This document shows positions 17,784 to 25,887 of a DNA stretch of 64,000 nt, one piece after another (within the stretch, counting starts at the first letter, position 1; each line of letters opens with the position of its first letter). Source of the DNA: Patescibacteria group bacterium. GTDB taxonomy: Bacteria; Patescibacteriota; Patescibacteriia; JACRDY01. The notes beneath the pieces were generated by a model. It had not been told where the DNA came from and did not search any database. It was given only the letters and a program-made list of their open reading frames with translations. The stretch lies in NCBI GenBank assembly GCA_041650515.1, contig JBAZLA010000001.1, positions 221,866 through 285,865 of the forward strand, written 5' to 3'. A program made the position numbers and the translations under genes.

Positions 17784-19040
17784 TCACGCCGCTTCGAGGT
17801 GGAAGATTTGGACGCCGCCATAGACAGCGCCATCGCCGCCGGTTCCATGGACGAGGCCCCATTCGACTTCGTTTTCGACCATGTACCAATAGACCTCGTT
17901 GGCGCTCATGATGTTTGAAGCGCCGACTGCATGGCCGCAGCCATACAGGCCACTGGCGGGGTCGATAACCCATTTCGGGTTCGGACCGACGACCAGACCG
18001 TCGTAGACGATGTCCTGGACATGCCCGGGTTGGCACATCTTCAGGGCGAGGAAGCTGAGCAGGGTTTGGCCGCCAAAGGCGCCATGATGTCCGATCACAC
18101 CCACTTGATCCGGGCCGATGCCGGCCATATCGTAGGCGCGTTCGGCAGCGATGCGGTGGGAGCGAAATTCGCTGATGTCTTGGAACTGAGGGCCGCGGCC
18201 GGGAATGGTTGATTCACAGGCGTGGCCGACGCCGGCGACGCGAACAAGCGGTCGACCGGTTTGCGAAGCGATCTCTTTGGCCCGGGCGTGGTTGGCCATG
18301 CCGATGACGGCTCCGCCTTCCGAATAAACGCAAACTTCGCCGAGCCGAGTATCGCCGATGATCGGACGGGAGTCCATGATCCAGTCGGCGGTGACCTGTT
18401 CCCCGTAGCGTTGGGCTTTCGGGTTGTTCCGGCTGTGGGAGCAGATCTCCTCGACCATCAGGGCGCGCGCTCGCAACTCGAGATCGCGGGGGTACCGGTA
18501 CTTGTAGCCGTTGATTCTGAATTGGTAGCTGCCGGCGGCGCTGAAGCCCAGCTTGTCGTGCAGCCAGTAGAGCCAGGAAGCCGCGATGGTATCGATGACC
18601 ATCGGGGTGGTGGAGTGGGAGAGCGGGTCGTAGGCGTCTTGGCATTTCTCTACGCCGAGAGCCAGACCGATCTGATGGCGGCCGCTCCGAATAGCATCGT
18701 ACAGCCGGGTCATCGCGGCAAGGCCGGTTTGGCCGCCGGTGGCGACACGGTCGCATTCGATGTTGTTCGTGCCGAGCACCATGTTGGCGAACGACTCGGC
18801 GATGAAGTGGTTCTGGAAGCTGGGATTGTACATCGCATAGGAGATGAAGTCGACCAGACTCATGTTGAACCACGGCCCCATGCGTTCACAGAAGGCCGCG
18901 ATGAGATCCTGGGTGATGCCCAGGAAAGTCTTGTCGAAGTATCTCCCTTTCATTGGCGTGATTTCAGCGCCAAAGACGAAGACGTTTTCCATGGTTACAG
19001 TCCTTTCGTTACGGGTCTCCGTTCGGGGTTTTAGATACAT
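17784..19040 (-). CDS. Thiolase-like protein (SCP-x/Ltp-type thiolase superfamily)
   Basis: 418 aa; thiolase-fold blocks (…GQTGLAAMTRLYDAIRSGRHQIGLALGVEKC…, C-terminal GCGHAVGASN…); GC-rich; same operon as the DUF35-like gene. Confidence 0.75.
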   Translation of the reverse strand: MYLKPRTETRNERTVTMENVFVFGAEITPMKGRYFDKTFLGITQDLIAAFCERMGPWFNMSLVDFISYAMYNPSFQNHFIAESFANMVLGTNNIECDRVATGGQTGLAAMTRLYDAIRSGRHQIGLALGVEKCQDAYDPLSHSTTPMVIDTIAASWLYWLHDKLGFSAAGSYQFRINGYKYRYPRDLELRARALMVEEICSHSRNNPKAQRYGEQVTADWIMDSRPIIGDTRLGEVCVYSEGGAVIGMANHARAKEIASQTGRPLVRVAGVGHACESTIPGRGPQFQDISEFRSHRIAAERAYDMAGIGPDQVGVIGHHGAFGGQTLLSFLALKMCQPGHVQDIVYDGLVVGPNPKWVIDPASGLYGCGHAVGASNIMSANEVYWYMVENEVEWGLVHGTGGDGAVYGGVQIFHLEAA

Positions 19041-19269
19041 TCATTCGTCACGTCTAGCTCGGCGGTGCGCGATTCTTCAATATCTTTCTCCTTTCTCTCT
19101 GAAATGTTGTTGTAAAGAGCAAAACAAAACAACCCTCCAGTCCTCCTTTGGGGTTGTTTATTCCCAATAAGCTAAAACTAACTCTCTCTCTCGTTTGTCA
19201 AGCTAAGTCACTCGGCTGGAGTTTTAGCTAAAAAACCGGTAGAATATACAAGAAAGCAAGTTTCTCCCC

Positions 19270-19366
19270 GTCATTGCGAGCCCCTCGGTTCACTCGGGAT
19301 AAACTCCGCGAAGCAATCTCCCTAATTATTCAGGGGATTGCTCCGTCGCTCCGCTCCTCGCAATGG
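19270..19366 (+). promoter_or_regulatory. About 95-nt imperfect long hairpin in the flippase 5' leader whose 3' arm contains the ATG
   Basis: CATTGCGAG (19272-19280) pairs with CTCGCAATG (19357-19365, ATG at 19363). Inner helices are GCGAAGCAATC/GATTGC… and CCC/GGG. Confidence 0.35.
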
Positions 19367-20811
19367 AAAGAAAACAATATTTTATGTCATTAACTAGTAA
19401 AGTCGCTCAGAATACTATTATCCAAATAATTGGTAAGGTGGTTTCCACGGCCTTGGGTTTGGCGACAGTTGGTTTGATGACCCGCTACCTGGGTCGTGAG
19501 GGCTTTGGTTGGTACACGACGGTGACGGCTTTTTTACAATTTTTTGGCATTTTAGTGGATATGGGTTTATCCATGGTGATTATTCAGCTGATCTCCGAGA
19601 CGCCAGAAGAGACTGAGAAAATTACCAAAAATATTTTTACTTTTAGATTAATTTCGGCAATCATTTTTCTAGGTCTGGCGCCATTTGTGGTTTTGTTTTT
19701 TCCCTACCCCGCGATTATCAAATGGGGCGTGGCACTGACGGCATTGTCTTTTTTGTTTATTTCGCTTAATCAGATTATCATTAGCTTATTCCAAAAATAT
19801 CTGCGGATGGATAAGGTGGCCATCGCCGAGATTATCGGCCGGTTAGTTTTGTTGGCCGGGGTGATCTTGGTAGTTTATTTTGGTTGGGGGTTTTTGCCAG
19901 TAATGGGCATGATCGTTTTAGGTAGTTTAGTTAATTTGGTGGCTAACCTGTTTTTTGTCCGTCGTTATGTGACAATCGGTTTAGCTTTTGATTTTGCAGT
20001 TTGGAAAAAGGTTTGGCTGCGCACCTGGCCGATTGCCCTATCAATCGCTTTTAATTTGGTTTATTTTAAAGCTGATACAATTATCCTTTCGCTTTATTGG
20101 CCACAGACTGAGGTGGGTATTTACGGGGCGACCTATAAAGTTTTGGAAGTATTGACCCAGCTAACTTATCTATTTATGGGCTTAATTCTGCCGATTTATT
20201 CAGCCTATTGGGCTAGTCAGAATTTTGATAAATTTAAACAGGCGATCCAAAAAGCTTTTGATTTTACCTCAATAATCACCTGGCCGATGGTGGTCGGTGG
20301 TTTTTTCTTGGCCGGGCCGATTATGATTTTTGTCGCCGGGGCCGACTTTAGTGCCGCGGCGCCGATTCTCCAAATTTTAATTTTTGCCACTGGAACAATA
20401 TTTATAACTAATGTTTTTACTTACGCCGTAGTGGCTGCTAACTTGCAAAAAAAGATGCTTTGGGGTTTTATTCTGGCCGCGATCTTCGGCCTGGCCGGCT
20501 ATCTTCTCCTTATTCCCACTTATTCCTACTTTGGCGCTGCCGGGATGACCGTGGCGGTTGAGTGCTTTATTACTCTGTTTGCTTTTTTGGTGGTTTATCG
20601 GACACTTAAGTTTGTACCTTCTTTTATAATTTTTGGTAAGGCTTTATTAGCTAGTTTGGTGATGGGAGTAGCCGTGGCCTTCTTGGTCGTTTATCAGATC
20701 AACTTATTAGTAGTCATTGTCTTAGGCGCTTTAATTTATACTTTAATATTATTTCTCTTGGGCGGCTACCAAAAGGAAACCGTACGAGAGATTTTAAATT
20801 GGCGAGGGTAG
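19363..20811 (+). CDS. Oligosaccharide flippase (Wzx-like, MOP/PST family)
   Basis: 482 aa with about 14 TM helices; typical polysaccharide-biosynthesis-protein N-terminus (VAQNTIIQIIGKVVSTALGL); adjacent to an O-antigen ligase-like gene. Confidence 0.75.
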   Translation: MERKQYFMSLTSKVAQNTIIQIIGKVVSTALGLATVGLMTRYLGREGFGWYTTVTAFLQFFGILVDMGLSMVIIQLISETPEETEKITKNIFTFRLISAIIFLGLAPFVVLFFPYPAIIKWGVALTALSFLFISLNQIIISLFQKYLRMDKVAIAEIIGRLVLLAGVILVVYFGWGFLPVMGMIVLGSLVNLVANLFFVRRYVTIGLAFDFAVWKKVWLRTWPIALSIAFNLVYFKADTIILSLYWPQTEVGIYGATYKVLEVLTQLTYLFMGLILPIYSAYWASQNFDKFKQAIQKAFDFTSIITWPMVVGGFFLAGPIMIFVAGADFSAAAPILQILIFATGTIFITNVFTYAVVAANLQKKMLWGFILAAIFGLAGYLLLIPTYSYFGAAGMTVAVECFITLFAFLVVYRTLKFVPSFIIFGKALLASLVMGVAVAFLVVYQINLLVVIVLGALIYTLILFLLGGYQKETVREILNWRG

Positions 20812-20812
20812 T

Positions 20813-22129
20813 ATGTTGGAGGTAACTTTACTAATCATTTTTCTTTTGCTCTTTGGCTGGTTGAGCTGGCATAATCTACAGCGGGGACTATTTTTGGTTA
20901 TTGTTTTATTGCCGGTTTATTTGGTTCGTTTCCACTTAGGTCCGGTGCCGGTAACTTTATTGGAGTCAATGATCTGGATTTTATTTATCAACTGGTTTTT
21001 AAAATCACTGTTGCATATTCACCTTTGGCCCAGAAGCAAATTTATTGGCGCCGCTTTGGTCATTTTGTTTATTTCGTTTCTGGCGATATTTGTTTCATCT
21101 GACCTGCGGGCCGCCGCCGGGCTTTGGAAAGCCTACTTTTTGGCGCCGTTTTTATTTTTGGTAGTTTTTTCTGGTTTGGTTAAGAAGTCAGAACATATCC
21201 GGGAAGTGATTTTGGCTTTGGGTATCTCGGCTTTACTGGTTTCGATAATGGCAATAATCCAAAAATTAGCCGGTGGTTATTTAGTGCCGACTGCTTATTG
21301 GCTTTTAGGTGAAGGTGAAAGAGTAACTAGTTTTTATCCTTATCCTAACGCAGTGGGATTGTTTTTAGCGCCGATAGTTATATTGTATGTAGGTTTAGTG
21401 GTCAGTCGCTGGTGGCTGGTGGCTAATAAAAAAGGCTGGTCTTTGTTTTTTTCTATGTCGGTTATTATTACCGGTGTGCTGGCAATTATTTTAGCTAAAT
21501 CAGATGGGGCGCTGGTTGGTCTAGTTGCTGGTTTGGCGGTTTTGGGGCTGTTTTTTAAGAAAAGTCGTTGGTGGGTGGCTGGTTTGGCGATTTTGGGTGG
21601 GGTAGCTTTTCTAGCTAATTTAGTACCACAGTCGATCGTAGATACACTTTTATTTCGCGATTGGTCGGGCAAGATACGATTGTTAATGTGGCGAGAAACT
21701 TGGCAACTAATCCGGGATCACTGGTTCTTGGGCGTTGGTTTAGCGGGTTATCAAACAGCATTAGCATCTTATCACCAGGCTAAGGAGATTGAGATTTTTA
21801 TGTATCCGCATAATTTTATCTTTAACTTTTGGGTGGAGCTGGGTTTAGCTGGTTTATTGACTTTCCTTTATATTATTGGTAAGTTCTTTCGGCTGGGAGT
21901 GGCAGTCTTAAAGTCGAAAGCCTGCCCCGAGCCCTTCGGCTTCGCTCAGGGCTGGCTCCGCCGGGAGGTCAAAAATTTTAGAGTTGTTGGTGCAGCATTA
22001 TTAGCGGCGTTGGTGGTAATTTTAGTTCACGGCTTGGTGGACGTTCCGTATTTTAAGAATGATTTAGCGATATTGTGGTGGACTATTTTTGGTCTAATGA
22101 GCAGCCTTTATAATTTAAAAAATGTCTAG
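20813..22129 (+). CDS. O-antigen ligase/polymerase family (Wzy_C) membrane protein
   Basis: 438 aa multi-TM; Wzy_C-like motif YPHNFIFNFWVELGLAGL. Contains a GC-rich in-frame segment at 21915-21972. Confidence 0.65.
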   Translation: MLEVTLLIIFLLLFGWLSWHNLQRGLFLVIVLLPVYLVRFHLGPVPVTLLESMIWILFINWFLKSLLHIHLWPRSKFIGAALVILFISFLAIFVSSDLRAAAGLWKAYFLAPFLFLVVFSGLVKKSEHIREVILALGISALLVSIMAIIQKLAGGYLVPTAYWLLGEGERVTSFYPYPNAVGLFLAPIVILYVGLVVSRWWLVANKKGWSLFFSMSVIITGVLAIILAKSDGALVGLVAGLAVLGLFFKKSRWWVAGLAILGGVAFLANLVPQSIVDTLLFRDWSGKIRLLMWRETWQLIRDHWFLGVGLAGYQTALASYHQAKEIEIFMYPHNFIFNFWVELGLAGLLTFLYIIGKFFRLGVAVLKSKACPEPFGFAQGWLRREVKNFRVVGAALLAALVVILVHGLVDVPYFKNDLAILWWTIFGLMSSLYNLKNV

Positions 22130-22562
22130 CAATTTAAGTTTTTATGAAAAAGTTTGTACTACTTTCTGGCGAGCAGTTGGTGAGACGAATTTTGCTAAGT
22201 GGGGGTATAGTTGGTTTAGAGATTTTCTGCTTCGTTTAAAATTAATTAGACATTGTGGCCGTCAGAATTTTTTTCTTGGTAAGTTGAGAAGCGATAAAAC
22301 CAGTGATGATTTAGTTACTTATCTAAGAACTCTTGGTTTTGAAAAAGATTATTATGCCTGGATTGATGAAGGTGAAGAATTGAGTCTTAGAAAAATAGAT
22401 GAGATACGCTATCAATATCATTTGCGGCTGCATGTTGACCGTGAGGTCAGGGGGCATTATGAGTATGCTCCAGACCGAAGGCCGTTGGGACATTTTTTTA
22501 GCATTAACCAGGAGTCGAGAGAAAATGAATTTAGGAAAATGTTAGTTGATTTTTTAGAATAA
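22122..22562 (+). CDS. Hypothetical protein
   Basis: 146 aa ORF overlapping the upstream stop by 8 nt; no family recognised. Confidence 0.45.
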   Translation: MSSNLSFYEKVCTTFWRAVGETNFAKWGYSWFRDFLLRLKLIRHCGRQNFFLGKLRSDKTSDDLVTYLRTLGFEKDYYAWIDEGEELSLRKIDEIRYQYHLRLHVDREVRGHYEYAPDRRPLGHFFSINQESRENEFRKMLVDFLE

Positions 22563-22660
22563 AATTATGGAGAGGTGGCTGCTGAGCGGTTTCCGCCTAC
22601 GTCCCAATTTATTGGGACTTCGGCGGACAAGGAAAGTGCAGCCCTGCCCCGTAGCAGAGC

Positions 22661-22747
22661 GGAGACGTGTCAGAGTGGTCGAATGAGCCGCACTCGAAAT
22701 GCGGTGTACCCATAAGGGTACCGGAGGTTCGAATCCTCCCGTCTCCG
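22661..22747 (+). tRNA. tRNA-Ser (anticodon CGA), long variable arm, no encoded CCA
   Basis: Acceptor GGAGACG/CGTCTCC; anticodon stem CCGCA/TGCGG with loop CTCGAAA; variable arm GTACCCATAAGGGTACC; T-arm GGAGG-TTCGAAT-CCTCC. Flanked by the 14-nt inverted repeat CCCCGTAGCAGAGC / GCTCTGCTACGGGG. Confidence 0.85.
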
Positions 22748-22881
22748 CTCTGCTACGGGGGTCGAGAAAAAGTTGTTTTAGTGAAAGTCCTCGCGAGTTT
22801 GAATCTCGCCCCTTACGCTTAGTGCTGGACTTCACCGTTAGTTAGAAAGATTTAAATAATATTAACAAACTATTTGTTTTT

Positions 22882-23490
22882 ATGAAAAATCAGAAAGGAG
22901 TTGCTGTTGTTGCCGTGGTTGTTTTAGTTATTGCTGGATTAGCGGCGACATCGATAATGTATATTGCCGTCAAAGAGCCGGCCCTATTTAATTTAATTGA
23001 AGAAAAATTAGAAAGTATAGTTACTCCCAAAGCGCCGATTGGTGATCTAACGCCTACTCGTGATTTAGAAGGTACCTGGGTTTCCAGCCTTTCGGGCAAA
23101 GGGATGCAACTTTATGGCCAATTTGCCGTGGCCGGCGGAACAACCAAAATTTATGAAGATGGTGATATTGAGCTAAAGATTGATCGAGTAGAAAATAATA
23201 TTGCTTCCGGCCAAATCCGTTATCATAACGTGTGTGGTTATGGCCAGTCGATTGTTCCTAATATTGCTACGGTGACCGTGCCCAGGACTTGTTTTCCAGA
23301 TTTTGGTTTTCAGCCGGTTGAAATAAGAGTCAGCGCCACTGCTTTGGATTTCGGTACTATTAATACTGGTGAGCTAACTGCGACAATGCAAGGTAGCTAT
23401 ACTACTGATTTAATGTCTGGATCAATGACTTTGAGTGTTCCAGCTTACGGGGTGGTTAAGGGGGAATTCCATTTAATGCGAAAAAGATAA
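22882..23490 (+). CDS. Hypothetical membrane-anchored protein
   Basis: 202 aa; N-terminal TM VAVVAVVVLVIAGLAATSIMYIAV; no family recognised. Confidence 0.55.
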   Translation: MKNQKGVAVVAVVVLVIAGLAATSIMYIAVKEPALFNLIEEKLESIVTPKAPIGDLTPTRDLEGTWVSSLSGKGMQLYGQFAVAGGTTKIYEDGDIELKIDRVENNIASGQIRYHNVCGYGQSIVPNIATVTVPRTCFPDFGFQPVEIRVSATALDFGTINTGELTATMQGSYTTDLMSGSMTLSVPAYGVVKGEFHLMRKR

Positions 23491-23513
23491 TTTATTTTGA
23501 TGCTTTTGTTTAT

Positions 23514-23538
23514 AAAATCACCCGCGAGGGTGATTTTT
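23514..23538 (+). terminator. Rho-independent terminator (ATCACCC-GCGA-GGGTGAT followed by TTTTT)
   Basis: Perfect 7-bp stem and T-run 24 nt after the stop. Confidence 0.6.
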
Positions 23539-23608
23539 AGTTTAGATTTTTTTAATATTTGTTGTATTATACTAGGGGAGTGTATAGCTTAATTAAATAA
23601 ACAACCCT

Positions 23609-24322
23609 ATGTCCACTTTAATTTTTGACATCGAAACAATCGGCGAGAGCTGGAATGCGCTAGATGAAACGACGCAAGAAGTCCTAACTCGCTGGATTAA
23701 GAAGACTTCTGAAGACGAAGGCGCCTATCAAGCTAAACTAGCCGACCTCAAAAATGAGCTGGGTTTTTCGCCTTTTACCGGTGAGATCGTGGCGATCGGC
23801 GTGCTGGATTTAGAAAAAGACAAAGGCGCGGTTTATTATCAAGCCCCGGGTCAAAAAGACCAAGAAACTGAGAATAAAGGGATTAAGTTTAAACCGTTGA
23901 GCGAAAAAGAAATGTTGGAGCAGTTTTGGCAGGGCGTGAGTAAGTATCAGGATTTTGTCAGTTTTAATGGTCGTAGTTTTGATGTGCCTTATTTAATGAT
24001 TCGCTCGGCTATCAATCAAGTGCGACCCAGCAAAGATTTATTATCCAACCGTTATCTGAGTAGCCAAAAGTTTGAAGCTAAGCATATTGATCTCTTGGAT
24101 CAGCTAACTTTTTACGGCGCTTCTTGGACTCGTAAGCCGAGTTTGCATGTAGCTTGTCGCGCTTTTGGTATCCAAAGCCCTAAAGCTGGTGGTGTTACTG
24201 GTGATGACGTAGCTGGTTTATTCCGGGATAAAAAATATTTAGATATTGCCCGTTATAATGTTGGTGATTTACGGGCCACTAAAGCGTTGTATCAATACTG
24301 GCGAGATTATTTGAAGTTTTAG
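23609..24322 (+). CDS. RNase H-like 3'-5' exonuclease (PolB-exonuclease-related/COG3298-like)
   Basis: 237 aa; MSTLIFDIETIG (DxE exo motif I), …FNGRSFDVPYL…, …YNVGDLRATKALY (exo III-like). Confidence 0.65.
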   Translation: MSTLIFDIETIGESWNALDETTQEVLTRWIKKTSEDEGAYQAKLADLKNELGFSPFTGEIVAIGVLDLEKDKGAVYYQAPGQKDQETENKGIKFKPLSEKEMLEQFWQGVSKYQDFVSFNGRSFDVPYLMIRSAINQVRPSKDLLSNRYLSSQKFEAKHIDLLDQLTFYGASWTRKPSLHVACRAFGIQSPKAGGVTGDDVAGLFRDKKYLDIARYNVGDLRATKALYQYWRDYLKF

Positions 24323-24403
24323 GGGATTAGGATATAAAAGTGCTAAAAGTCGCCCCAGCTGGCGATTTTTGATATACTATAGATAGTTATTATTAATAAT
24401 CAT

Positions 24404-24874
24404 ATGAAAAAAGATTATCAGCCATTTGTTATTTTAGCTCTTATTTTAGTCGTCGTTGTGGGGGTAATTTTTTTACGTTTTTGGTTGGGCGGGCCAGAAG
24501 ACACTTGGCTTTGTAATAATGGTCAGTGGATTAGGCATGGCAATCCTAGTGAACCCCAGCCGACCAAGCCGTGTGGTGTCGCGGCTACACTTAATCTCAA
24601 TCCGTCTCCACTTGTCGAAGGTGCGGATGAATATTGCACTAATAAGGAAACGGGCGAACAGTTAAATTATGCCGCTGCTAAGGAGATCGCCGTCAGAAGT
24701 GATTGTGTTAAAGAGGGCATTTTGGAGAATGAACATTGGTGCAACGAGAATAGTGGTACTTGGTGGATCAAACTAGCTACGGCCAAAACCGGCTGCAATC
24801 CAGCTTGTGTTATAAATGTTGAGGATCAAAAGGCTGAGATCAATTGGATGTGTACCGGTTTGCAACCAAACTAA
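24404..24874 (+). CDS. Hypothetical Cys-rich membrane-anchored protein
   Basis: 156 aa; N-terminal TM; 8 Cys in the extracytoplasmic part. Confidence 0.5.
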   Translation: MKKDYQPFVILALILVVVVGVIFLRFWLGGPEDTWLCNNGQWIRHGNPSEPQPTKPCGVAATLNLNPSPLVEGADEYCTNKETGEQLNYAAAKEIAVRSDCVKEGILENEHWCNENSGTWWIKLATAKTGCNPACVINVEDQKAEINWMCTGLQPN

Positions 24875-24933
24875 TTAATATTTCCGCTATCGGCGGACCA
24901 GCCTTTGGCTGAAATAATTAAGAACCAAATTTT

Positions 24934-25506
24934 ATGTCTAATAAATCATTGATTATCAGTTTAGTAGTGTTAAGCTTGGTTATTAGCGGAGGAGCTATGG
25001 CAGCAGATAACGCTAACGTTAATGCCAACTCAGCTAAGGATAATATTAAGAAAAAAGTAGAAGAGCTCCGGGATAATGTTTGTAAGAACACGGAGTCAAG
25101 GATAGCTATCCGAGCCACCCGTTATAAGAACAACAAAGAGCGCCACGCCGCTGTCCATAACCAAATTAGAGAAAAGATTCAAAAGTTGATCAGTCGGCTA
25201 CAAGCTAAGGGCTACGATGTTGCTAAATTAAATGAAGATTTGGCTACTTTGGATAGTAAAATTAGTAAATTTGGTACTGACTACGAAATCTATATTAATC
25301 AGTTAACCGCCACCCAGGGCTACATTTGTGGTCAGTCAGAAGGTAAATTTATTGCCGCCCTTAAAGAAGCTAATACCTATCTTAAGTTAGTTCACCAAGA
25401 TAGTTTAGACATTCGGCTTTTTTATCAGCAGACTATTCGGCCGGATATCTTGGCCCTTAAAGAGCAGATCAAAGCGGCTTTGCCCGAAACCGGGAGTGTA
25501 GAATAA
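24934..25506 (+). CDS. Hypothetical secreted coiled-coil protein
   Basis: 190 aa; signal peptide (LIISLVVLSLVISGGAMA), then charged helical sequence. Confidence 0.5.
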   Translation: MSNKSLIISLVVLSLVISGGAMAADNANVNANSAKDNIKKKVEELRDNVCKNTESRIAIRATRYKNNKERHAAVHNQIREKIQKLISRLQAKGYDVAKLNEDLATLDSKISKFGTDYEIYINQLTATQGYICGQSEGKFIAALKEANTYLKLVHQDSLDIRLFYQQTIRPDILALKEQIKAALPETGSVE

Positions 25507-25531
25507 AATTAATTCATTTTAAATAATTAAT

Positions 25532-25810
25532 ATGAAAAAAAATATTTTTCTTTTGTCCACCTTGCTCATTTTAGTGATTTTGGTCCTAGCTGGCTGTGCA
25601 CCAACCGAGCGGCCGAATATTGCCCAGGAGGGTGGGTTGACTGGTCAGCTAAATAACGATATTGAACCGGTTGATGATATCAGCGGCGAAAATGATGATG
25701 GGGCAATCGATATTAATCAAGAAGTGGATGATCTAGATAAAGAAATTAACTCCATTAATAGTAATGACTTTGATCCTAATGATCTACCGTTGGAGAGTGA
25801 TAAATTTTAA
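25532..25810 (+). CDS. Small acidic lipoprotein (lipobox LAGC)
   Basis: 92 aa; signal peptide ending LVLAGC; Asp/Glu-rich mature part. Confidence 0.5.
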   Translation: MKKNIFLLSTLLILVILVLAGCAPTERPNIAQEGGLTGQLNNDIEPVDDISGENDDGAIDINQEVDDLDKEINSINSNDFDPNDLPLESDKF

Positions 25811-25887
25811 TCAAAATTGATTCAAGTTGGCTAGTCTAGACAAAGTAAGAATTAACGAATGTTATAACAGGGAAATACTTTAGTATA

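Noticed and set aside
16650-19060. GC-rich islands as assembly chimera or contamination
   Set aside because: Not adopted as the primary explanation. The transitions fall in intergenic regions with plausible terminators and RBSs, and several separate small islets are interspersed among typical low-GC genes on one contig. It cannot be excluded without read-level data, which is flagged in the findings.
16653-19170. Nine additional ORFs on both strands inside the GC-rich island (16653-16952, 16868-17212, 16949-17173, 16951-17493, 17621-17911, 17931-18212, 18214-18873, 18222-19034, 18844-19170)
   Set aside because: High-GC DNA leaves all frames open. These overlap the two convincing minus-strand genes (thiolase-like and DUF35-like) and have Arg/Pro/Gly-rich low-complexity translations typical of off-frame GC-rich reads.
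22554-22835. 93-aa minus-strand ORF
   Set aside because: Spans tRNA-Ser and its flanking hairpins on the opposite strand; artefact.
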